A stretch of 25,138 nt of DNA, from positions 1 through 25,138 of IMG/VR virus record IMGVR_UViG_3300020045_008678, one strand, 5' to 3'. Under the pieces are notes generated by a model, which was not told the origin of the DNA, ran no database searches, and saw only the letters and a program-made list of their open reading frames with translations. The stretch is from a virus (taxonomy: Duplodnaviria; Caudoviricetes). The translations under genes and the position numbers were made by a program. This document shows, one piece after another, positions 17,768 to 25,138 of this stretch (its first letter is position 1; the number at the start of each line of letters is the position of its first letter).

Positions 17768-18255
17768 TGGCTAAAAGCTTTGAATTACAAATGAAAGAAT
17801 TTGAGAATATGACTACCGATTCTGCTGAATTTCTATTTAGACAAGTATGTTTTGATTTATCAGATGGAATAATTACAAATACTCCAATCGATTCAGGAAG
17901 AGCCAAAGGAAACTGGCAACCTGATATTAATAGAGTAGAAAATAGTCAATTAGATACGGAAGATAAATCAGGTAGAAAAACAATAGCTAAAGTTAATGCA
18001 ACTACTAATAAATTACAATTAGGACAATATTTTACACTAACTAACAATTTAGATTATATTGAAAAATTAGAGTTTGGCTTATATCCTAATCCAGTAAAAA
18101 AAGGAAGTCCAATTAAAGGAACTTCAAATCCAGTTAAATATGAAGTATTAACAAGTGGAGGATTCTCAAAGAAAAGTCCTGCTGGAATGGTGGGCGTTAC
18201 TACTATGAGATTCCAACATATAGTTAGCCAAAATATAAAGGAAATAAAAAAATGA
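17767..18255 (+). CDS. HK97 gp10-like tail completion/neck protein
   Basis: TPIDSGRAKGNWQ, NNLDYIEKLEFG, S.KSPAGMV motifs. Confidence 0.85.
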   Translation: MAKSFELQMKEFENMTTDSAEFLFRQVCFDLSDGIITNTPIDSGRAKGNWQPDINRVENSQLDTEDKSGRKTIAKVNATTNKLQLGQYFTLTNNLDYIEKLEFGLYPNPVKKGSPIKGTSNPVKYEVLTSGGFSKKSPAGMVGVTTMRFQHIVSQNIKEIKK

Positions 18256-18300
18256 GATTTCAAAACTTTGTAAATCAAGCAAATAAGGATATTAAATAAC

Positions 18301-18870
18301 CTATTTGCTTGATAATTTTTCTAGTTTCTTTTTGAGAGAATATTCCTTTAGATATTTTTTTCTATGTTCTTTATTTTTTTCTTCCCACTCTTTTCTTTTT
18401 GATGATAAATTTTCTTTATTTTTTTCTCTATATTCTTTTCCTTTCAAACTCTTTGTTTCTTTATTCTTTTCATACCATTTTTTTGCAGACTCTTTTACTA
18501 TTTCTTTATGAGTATCCCTATATACTTTTTGTTTATTATTTACTTTTTCTTTATTAATTTGTTTCCATTCTTTAGAAGATTCATTTCCACAATTAATACA
18601 TTTTCCTGAACTGTTAATATTTTCTATTTTGAAAATTTGTTTGCATCTAGTGCATAGTTTTTTATTTTCTTTTATTAAAATTTTATTTTCTAATCTTACC
18701 GAACTTATAATTTCTTTTTTAAGCTGTAGTGATAAATTTGTTTTTAATTCTATATTGTGTTTTTTTCTACATTCTTTACATTGTGGATTTAATCCATCTT
18801 TTTTACTAATACTTTTATGAAACTCACTAAATTCTTTAGTTTGTCCACACTTATTACAAGTCTTCATCAT
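18301..18870 (-). CDS. Zn-finger protein resembling the N-terminus of phage HNH endonucleases, no HNH domain
   Basis: KTCNKCGQTK..SEF...KDGL...CKEC, second CTRC...CINC, K/E/R-rich helix; likely start MMKTC at 18870/18867. Confidence 0.7.
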   Translation of the reverse strand: MMKTCNKCGQTKEFSEFHKSISKKDGLNPQCKECRKKHNIELKTNLSLQLKKEIISSVRLENKILIKENKKLCTRCKQIFKIENINSSGKCINCGNESSKEWKQINKEKVNNKQKVYRDTHKEIVKESAKKWYEKNKETKSLKGKEYREKNKENLSSKRKEWEEKNKEHRKKYLKEYSLKKKLEKLSSK

Positions 18871-19120
18871 TAGCCTTATAATCAATAAGTTTTTTATCAT
18901 TATCTTCTTTAAAAATATTAACAGAAATATCTTTTAAATCAAAACCTAATTCTTTGGCTCTAATCATTGTATCACAAGCTTTTAACTCTGTATTATATGT
19001 TTGAGTTATTGCATTTGCACTAGCAATAATCATTTTTGTATCGTCTGCATTTGCAGTACCTCTTTTTACTCTTGCTATTTCATCAAATAAAGCATTTCTT
19101 AGTATTTGCATTTCAGTCAT
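18854..19120 (-). CDS. Small helical phage protein
   Basis: LRNALFDEI.R......D....I...ANAI pattern; AAGGGG RBS. Confidence 0.7.
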   Translation of the reverse strand: MTEMQILRNALFDEIARVKRGTANADDTKMIIASANAITQTYNTELKACDTMIRAKELGFDLKDISVNIFKEDNDKKLIDYKANDEDL

Positions 19121-19148
19121 TTTAAACCCCTTTAATTTTTATAATCCA

Positions 19149-19229
19149 ACTATACCAAACTTAAATTAGCAAATCAAGCATTTAGATATAATATACAAAT
19201 AAATTTAAAACTATGTAACATTATGTAAC
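19149..19229 (-). promoter_or_regulatory. Box-class promoter 8 (leftward)
   Basis: Minus strand GTTAC-ATAAT-GTTAC (19229-19215), TTGATT (19177-19172), TG-g-TATAGT (19154-19149); spacing 75 bp. Confidence 0.75.
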
Positions 19230-19244
19230 AAAAGGAAATTAAAA

Positions 19245-19646
19245 ATGAGTTTAAATAAAATTTATACGGCATTCGCAACTAAAATTAATACAGTCACTCC
19301 ACAACTTCCAACTGTTTGGGAAAATAAAAAATACGACCCAGTAGTCGGAGTAGATTATCAAGAAGTCTTTATCTTACCATCATCTAATAATGTTCCATAT
19401 ATAAATGAAACAAGCTATGAGATGGAAGGATTCGTACAGATAACTTTATGCTATGGATATGATGAAGGCAGAAGTAAAGCAATGGATAGAGCTAATCTGT
19501 ATATGGGATTATTTCCAGTCGGTACAGTTTTAACTATTGATTCTTTAAAGATTAGAATTAAGGGAGTACCTCAAATTACTAATCTTGGAGTTGATAATGG
19601 TAGGTACAAAATAGCGTTAAGGGTAGGCTTTTTAGCTGTGTTATAA
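19245..19646 (+). CDS. Tail terminator (DUF4128-like)
   Basis: P..WEN..Y.P, G.VQI.L.Y....G...A, FP.G motifs; upstream of tail tube. Confidence 0.8.
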   Translation: MSLNKIYTAFATKINTVTPQLPTVWENKKYDPVVGVDYQEVFILPSSNNVPYINETSYEMEGFVQITLCYGYDEGRSKAMDRANLYMGLFPVGTVLTIDSLKIRIKGVPQITNLGVDNGRYKIALRVGFLAVL

Positions 19647-19680
19647 TTTATAGTTAAAATTTTAATTATAAAGGACAATT

Positions 19681-20130
19681 ATGAGTATTCAATCAGATGG
19701 ATTAGATTGCTATTTGTTAGCTACTACGGCAGCAACAACAACACACGCTGAAATTACTACGGCTATATTGACGGGTAAAAGAATCGGGAAGATTAAAGAT
19801 ATGGGTGAAATTGGTGGTTCAAGACCAGTTCAAACTACTACTTATATGTCTAGCGATGATGCAGAAAAGGGATTAGGTGCAGCTGAGTACGGAAACATCA
19901 ATGTAAGTTGTACTTTTGAACCAGCTGATATTACTGGTCAAAAAGATTTAAAAGATATGTTTGATAGTAACACAGCTAGACAGTTTGTAGTAAAAGAATC
20001 AGACGGAGCATTTACTGTATTTCCTTGTCTTTGTTCTTCTTCAAAAAGAACTTTTGCAACTGGTCAATTGGTAGCATATACTGCCATTGTTGAACAAAAT
20101 GGAAAAGAAGAAAGAAGAGTTGCTGCTTAA
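19681..20130 (+). CDS. Major tail tube protein
   Basis: IG.IKDMGEIGG, K.LG...YG, D..GQ..L motifs; followed by terminator. Confidence 0.85.
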   Translation: MSIQSDGLDCYLLATTAATTTHAEITTAILTGKRIGKIKDMGEIGGSRPVQTTTYMSSDDAEKGLGAAEYGNINVSCTFEPADITGQKDLKDMFDSNTARQFVVKESDGAFTVFPCLCSSSKRTFATGQLVAYTAIVEQNGKEERRVAA

Positions 20131-20134
20131 CATT

Positions 20135-20164
20135 AAAGGCTAGACTAAAAACCTAGCCTTTTTT
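20135..20164 (+). terminator. Rho-independent terminator
   Basis: AAAGGCTAG-actaaaaac-CTAGCCTTT then TTT. Confidence 0.85.
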
Positions 20165-20207
20165 ACTTACTTTATGCTATAATTTTCTAAATTAAAAAAG
20201 GAAGATT

Positions 20208-20624
20208 ATGCAAATATCAAAACTATCAAATTTAAAATTAGATGACGCTAAAGAGTTCGAAGTACTTGACCCTATTACTGGTAAAAGAAGTCAATCTTAC
20301 AATCCAAAAACAAAATCTTATGATGAAACCCCCGCATTTATTTCAATCTATTATGCTGGTTCTAAAAAGATTAAAAAGCTACAATTAGAACTACAAAGAA
20401 AAGCTATTGAAGCAATAAAAGATAAAAAAGAAATTCCAGCTGAAAAACTAATTGAAGATATGTTTTTATTTGAAATAGTTGCGGGATATAGAGGGTTTAA
20501 AGACGATAAAAACAAAGAGTTAGAATTTAACGAAGCTAACACTAAATTACTATTAGATATTCCATATATTAGAAGCCTAATTGAAGAAGTTAGTGCAAAT
20601 ATGGGAAACTTCTCGGAGAAGTAA
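20208..20624 (+). CDS. Tail assembly chaperone (gpG-like)
   Basis: Between tail tube and TMP; DP.TG and terminal GNF motifs. Confidence 0.85.
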   Translation: MQISKLSNLKLDDAKEFEVLDPITGKRSQSYNPKTKSYDETPAFISIYYAGSKKIKKLQLELQRKAIEAIKDKKEIPAEKLIEDMFLFEIVAGYRGFKDDKNKELEFNEANTKLLLDIPYIRSLIEEVSANMGNFSEK

Positions 20625-20989
20625 GCAACAACTTACTTCTTTTTGTTAGACAACTAGGATTTTTAAGGGCAAGTCCTGATAAAGACTATAAGCCTAAAGA
20701 TAGTGTAACTTGGTATGATTTATATAATACTCAAGGTATAACAGTAGACTTCCCAACTCTTAATTGTGGTGGGTATCTATTAGAACACTTAGAGAATATG
20801 GGCTTTTATATGTCAAGTGGTATGGGAATGATTCCCTTAACTTTTCAAGAAATTAAAGCTTATATGGAATTAACTAATAACCCTTTAAATAGCGAAGAAG
20901 TATTACTTATTAGACAAATGAGTCAAGCTTATATCGCTGAATTAAACGATACTAGAAACGAAAGAGAAGCTCCTTATTTAATTAATTAA
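20603..20989 (+). CDS. Tail assembly chaperone -1 frameshift extension (gpT-like)
   Basis: In-frame slippery G GGA AAC (20603-20609); -1 frame open through to TAA 20989. Confidence 0.8.
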   Translation, partial: GKLLGEVSNNLLLFVRQLGFLRASPDKDYKPKDSVTWYDLYNTQGITVDFPTLNCGGYLLEHLENMGFYMSSGMGMIPLTFQEIKAYMELTNNPLNSEEVLLIRQMSQAYIAELNDTRNEREAPYLIN

Positions 20990-21034
20990 GTTTTATTATT
21001 GTAATATTTGATTAGAAAAGAAGAGGAGCTTTAA

Positions 21035-21424
21035 ATGACACATATAGAAAAGTTTTGTAGTAGTTATGATATTGAAAAGCATATAGTAGTAGAATTATTT
21101 AATAGGCTTTATAATATTTTAGACTCAAAAAAAGATAGAGTATTATTTATAAATTTAATAATTAAATCTTGCAATATGTCACTTTCAACAAAAAAAGATG
21201 TTTTAGTTTTATTTGATAATTTAAATCAAATTCTAAGTAATAAATATTTTAAGTATAAAAAACTAAATTTAATATTTGAATTGTGTCCTCACTTTGCTAA
21301 AATATTATCACAATCATTAAATATGACTATAAATGAAACTAGAAAATTATTTGATAAAAATAAAATATCAGTTGATTATATAATTAATTTAATAGCAACT
21401 CAATCAAAAAAGCACACATTCTAA
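21035..21424 (+). CDS. Accessory (moron-like) hypothetical protein
   Basis: GAGGAG RBS; very AT-rich; inserted between chaperone and TMP. Confidence 0.7.
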   Translation: MTHIEKFCSSYDIEKHIVVELFNRLYNILDSKKDRVLFINLIIKSCNMSLSTKKDVLVLFDNLNQILSNKYFKYKKLNLIFELCPHFAKILSQSLNMTINETRKLFDKNKISVDYIINLIATQSKKHTF

Positions 21425-21464
21425 ATACACTATAATATCTTTATATAACTATAAGGGTATTATT

Positions 21465-24400
21465 TTGGAAAATATCGCACAACTTGGAATAAAAGTAGAT
21501 TCAAGTAGTATAAAACAAGCTACAAACGAACTATCTAAACTTACAACACAATCAGGCAAAACTGAAAAATCAACTAATGCACTAACAAGTGGATTCTTAA
21601 ATCTTAAAAATGCAGTAATTGGTTATGCTTCAATTCAAACAGCAACACAAATTATAAATACAGCTGATAGTATGAATCTATTAAATGCTAGATTAAAATT
21701 AGCAACAGCTTCAACAGCAGAATATACATCACAACAAACAGCATTATTAAATATCTCTAAACAGTCTTATACTGGAATATCAGACACTATAACTCTATTT
21801 ACTAAACTAAATCCAGCTTTACAACAAGTAGGAGCTACAACAGATCAAGTTAATAGCGTAGTTGCTTCATTTACTAAAGGTTTACAATTAGGTGGAAGCT
21901 CGGCAGCAGAAGCATCAAGTGCAATATTACAATTTTCTCAAGCTATGGGAAGTGGAGTTTTAAGAGGTGAAGAGTTCAACGCTATTAATGAAGCATCGCC
22001 TAAACTTATGTCCTACCTAGCTAAAGGATTAGGAGTTGCACAAAGTGAACTTAGAAAAATGGCTGAGAATGGTGAATTAACAGCTTCAAGAGTTTCCAAT
22101 GCTTTATTAAAAGTAAAAACAGATATTGATAGAGATTTTGCAACATTACCCGTAACAGTTGGAAAAGCATTAACTAATCTAAAAACTGATTTATCTTTGG
22201 CTATAAATGATATTGATACTGCAACGGGTGCAACTCAATCATTAGCCAATGGAATAGTTAGTTTTAGTAATAGTATAGGCTCAATGTCTAAAGATATTAT
22301 TGAATTTTACAAAGAAGCTAAAACTTTTATAAGCGAAAATGAAACAGCTTTTAATATAGTAACAGAGTCAGCTAAGTTATTACTTGGAACATATTTAGCA
22401 TTTGGAGCAACTTCATTAGTATTTACAAAGGTTACAGAGTCAATTATAGCTATGAGAGTAGCAATGGTTTCAATGACTGCTGCAACTCCAATTATAGGAG
22501 CAGTATCTTTAGCTATTTATGCACTATCTAATTCATTTATTGAGGGAAAAATTAGAACTGATAACTTAGGAAAATCAGTTGATGAATTAGCAAAATCTTT
22601 AGGAACTTTAGAATTAAAATCTAGGCTAGTAGAAGTTAATAAAGAATTAAAAGAAATGGATACTAGATTTAAAAATTATTCTGATTCTCAAAAGCTTATG
22701 TATCAGGGTGGATACGATATGGCTTACAAAGAAAAGGTAAAACTTGAAGAGTCTATCAAATTAATTGAGAAAAAAAATACTACAAATAAAGACGCTAACC
22801 AAATAAGTCAAATTAATGGAAAAATAGTAAGGAATGATATTGAATTAATTAAATTATCAGGAAGTGAATATGAAAAGTTTAATTTAACTTTAGCTGATAA
22901 ACTTGTAAAAATGCAGTCAATCGGAGCTACTGAAAAAGAATTAAATGAAGCTAGTTTATCTGCAAATAAAGAATTCAATGATAAACAAAACAAAGAATTA
23001 GAAAAAGGTAGTAAAAAGCTAGAAGAAACTCAAAAAGCTAGGGCAGAAATTGCACAAATTGGAATGAGTACCTATGATAAATCAATTTCAGACATTACAG
23101 CTAAAACAATTGAATGGGTAAAAGCTGGTGTTTCTGAAAATGAAATATTAAGTGCAAAGATAAAACTAGAAAATGAACTAAACTCTAAAAATATCTTAGA
23201 AAATCTACAAACAGAATTATCTTACTATGAGAAAAAATTACAACTTCAAAAAGATAGTTTAGATAAAGAGCTAGAATTAAAAGGTATTCAATACGCACAA
23301 ACAGTTTTAAATATTGAAAACTCAGATAAAACAATTGAACAAAAACAAAAATTAATTGCACTTGAAATGGAATTATATGATGCAACGGTTGAAAGACTAA
23401 AAGCTGATAATAATGCAGAGTTTCAAGATACTATTAAATCGTTTCAAGAGGACTCATTAGCTAGACAAATTGAGTTAAACAACGCTATATTCGATTTTGG
23501 AGCTGGTTTTAAATCTTCTAATAGCGAAATAATGGAAGTTAGCAAGTCTTTAGCTGCAATGAGTGATGCAAGTTTAAAATCTAAAAAAGCTGAAACTGAA
23601 TTAAACAAAAAATATACTACTGAATTTACTAAATATGCTGGTGATGTAGAAAAAACAAAAGAGTTAGAGCAACAATACACTAAAGATACTGATTTATTAA
23701 ACAAACAATCTATTAACAATCAGATTTTAGGTTATGCAAATATTGCTGGAGCTATTAGTGGAATGTTTCAACAAGGGAGTAAAGAAGCTGCAACTTTTCA
23801 AGCTGCACAAACTGTTTTAGCATTAGTTGAGGGTACAAGAGCAATATTAACTGCTGGAACTGGCGACCCTTACACGGCTATTCCAAGAATGGCTGCAATG
23901 GCTATTATGGTTAAATCATTATTAGGGAATATTGGTGTAGCTTTAGGAATGAGTGGCAGCAATATAACTACTGGCGATAGTTTCTCAATGCAAAAAGCTA
24001 ATACTGGAACTGGTAGCGTTTTAGGTGATACTTCGAAAGCTAGTGAGTCAATTACTAAATCTTTATCTATTTTAGAAGATTATGCAAAACCTGAATTTAG
24101 ACTTTCTCAACAGATGTCAAAATCTTTAGAAAGTATTGATAGCAAAATAGGTGGTGTTACTTCTTTATTGCTTCAAAATTCAGCTACTGCACTTGGAACG
24201 AATTATACTGGTGGTTTTGATACTGGTTTTAAAAATAATAATTCAGGAATATTACTACAACCAATTAATGAAATAATTTCTAAAATTCCAGTTTTAGGAC
24301 AAGTAAATGGAATATTTGGAAGTATAATTAATTCTGTTTTAGGTGGAGTTTTTGGTAAAACATCTGTATCACAATCATTACAAGATTCTGGAATTACTTT

Positions 24401-25138
24401 TGCGAATGCTTTATTAAAAAATGCTATCACTTCATTCAATGGAAGTGCATATCAAACAATAGCTACAACAGTAAGTAAAAAATCTTGGTTCAGTAGTTCA
24501 TCTAGCACATCATTAAAAACTGTATTTACTGGATTGGATAAAGAGGTAAATAATCAATTTTCTTTAGTATTAAAAAACCTTTATGATACTGTATATCAAG
24601 CTGGAAATGCTTTAGATATTAATTCTAAAACTTTAGATACTAAACTAAATAACTTTATAGTTTCAATTGGTAAAATTTCACTAAAAGGTAAAACTGGAAC
24701 TCAAATACAAGAATTATTAACTTCTGTATTTGGAAAAATTGGAGACGATTTAACAAAAGCTGTAATTCCAACTATTACGCCATTCCAAAAAGTAGGAGAG
24801 GGAACATTAACAACTTTGACAAGAGTTGCAAGTGGAATGGAACAAGCTAACTATTTTATCGATAGATTAGGTAGCACATTCAAAAAGATAAACTTTACTT
24901 CTATAATAGATAAACAAGGAGATGTAGGATTCGAAGCACTTTATCAATCGATTCTAAAAGTTGAAAAAGGTGCAAACTTTAATAATATTTTATCAACATT
25001 AAGTGGAACAGCAGAAGAGCTTTATAGTGCTTACACTTCTTTAGATTTAATTAGAGATAGACTTACTTTTCTAGGCAAAGGTTTAGATGGTTTATCAATT
25101 GCGTCAATCACTGGGGCTGGTGGACTTGAACAATTAAG
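21465..25138 (+). CDS. Tail tape measure protein (partial, runs off window)
   Basis: TATAAT 21431, AAGGG RBS, TTG start MENIAQLGIKVDSS; ARLKLAT...QFSQAMGSGVLRGEEFNAINEASP tape-measure domain. Confidence 0.93.
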   Translation, partial: MENIAQLGIKVDSSSIKQATNELSKLTTQSGKTEKSTNALTSGFLNLKNAVIGYASIQTATQIINTADSMNLLNARLKLATASTAEYTSQQTALLNISKQSYTGISDTITLFTKLNPALQQVGATTDQVNSVVASFTKGLQLGGSSAAEASSAILQFSQAMGSGVLRGEEFNAINEASPKLMSYLAKGLGVAQSELRKMAENGELTASRVSNALLKVKTDIDRDFATLPVTVGKALTNLKTDLSLAINDIDTATGATQSLANGIVSFSNSIGSMSKDIIEFYKEAKTFISENETAFNIVTESAKLLLGTYLAFGATSLVFTKVTESIIAMRVAMVSMTAATPIIGAVSLAIYALSNSFIEGKIRTDNLGKSVDELAKSLGTLELKSRLVEVNKELKEMDTRFKNYSDSQKLMYQGGYDMAYKEKVKLEESIKLIEKKNTTNKDANQISQINGKIVRNDIELIKLSGSEYEKFNLTLADKLVKMQSIGATEKELNEASLSANKEFNDKQNKELEKGSKKLEETQKARAEIAQIGMSTYDKSISDITAKTIEWVKAGVSENEILSAKIKLENELNSKNILENLQTELSYYEKKLQLQKDSLDKELELKGIQYAQTVLNIENSDKTIEQKQKLIALEMELYDATVERLKADNNAEFQDTIKSFQEDSLARQIELNNAIFDFGAGFKSSNSEIMEVSKSLAAMSDASLKSKKAETELNKKYTTEFTKYAGDVEKTKELEQQYTKDTDLLNKQSINNQILGYANIAGAISGMFQQGSKEAATFQAAQTVLALVEGTRAILTAGTGDPYTAIPRMAAMAIMVKSLLGNIGVALGMSGSNITTGDSFSMQKANTGTGSVLGDTSKASESITKSLSILEDYAKPEFRLSQQMSKSLESIDSKIGGVTSLLLQNSATALGTNYTGGFDTGFKNNNSGILLQPINEIISKIPVLGQVNGIFGSIINSVLGGVFGKTSVSQSLQDSGITFANALLKNAITSFNGSAYQTIATTVSKKSWFSSSSSTSLKTVFTGLDKEVNNQFSLVLKNLYDTVYQAGNALDINSKTLDTKLNNFIVSIGKISLKGKTGTQIQELLTSVFGKIGDDLTKAVIPTITPFQKVGEGTLTTLTRVASGMEQANYFIDRLGSTFKKINFTSIIDKQGDVGFEALYQSILKVEKGANFNNILSTLSGTAEELYSAYTSLDLIRDRLTFLGKGLDGLSIASITGAGGLEQL

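Noticed and set aside
158-19229. GTTAC boxes as integron attC sites or CRISPR repeats
   Set aside because: No attC-like long palindrome or regular repeat-spacer array; fixed distance to -10 fits a regulatory site better
969-24439. Minus-strand or alternate-frame ORFs in the track (969-1223, 2116-2298, 5577-5807, 5881-6204, 12195-12422, 18054-18278, 18305-18511, 18629-18820, 20351-20542, 22808-24439 set)
   Set aside because: They shadow well-supported genes and have F/S/L-rich antisense-like composition without clear RBS

Overview
AT-rich tailed-phage (siphovirus-like) or prophage segment; a Campylobacterota/Arcobacter-like host is a low-confidence guess from composition and promoter style. 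Bases 1-6.7 kb hold recombination, nucleotide-metabolism and small accessory genes (DUF1351-like, NinB-like, SSB, DUF3310-like, MazG-like, a broken lytic transglycosylase). Bases 6.7-25.1 kb hold a morphogenesis module: TerS, TerL, DUF4055 portal, SPP1-gp7-like head protein, scaffold, BPP-1-like capsid and cement, connectors, tail tube, a frameshifted tail chaperone and a TTG-start tape measure gene. Three features stand out. (1) About 12 accessory ORFs are inserted at six junctions of the structural module. (2) Four of them are paralogs of one small family interleaved with the head genes, and two of those share a perfect 35-bp inverted repeat flanking the portal. (3) Eight promoters share a rigid architecture in which a GTWAC-N5-GTWAC-like box starts 75 bp (once 74) upstream of the -10 hexamer; some boxes also overlap promoters or leaders of structural genes. 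Family assignments are from motif recognition by eye, not database searches.
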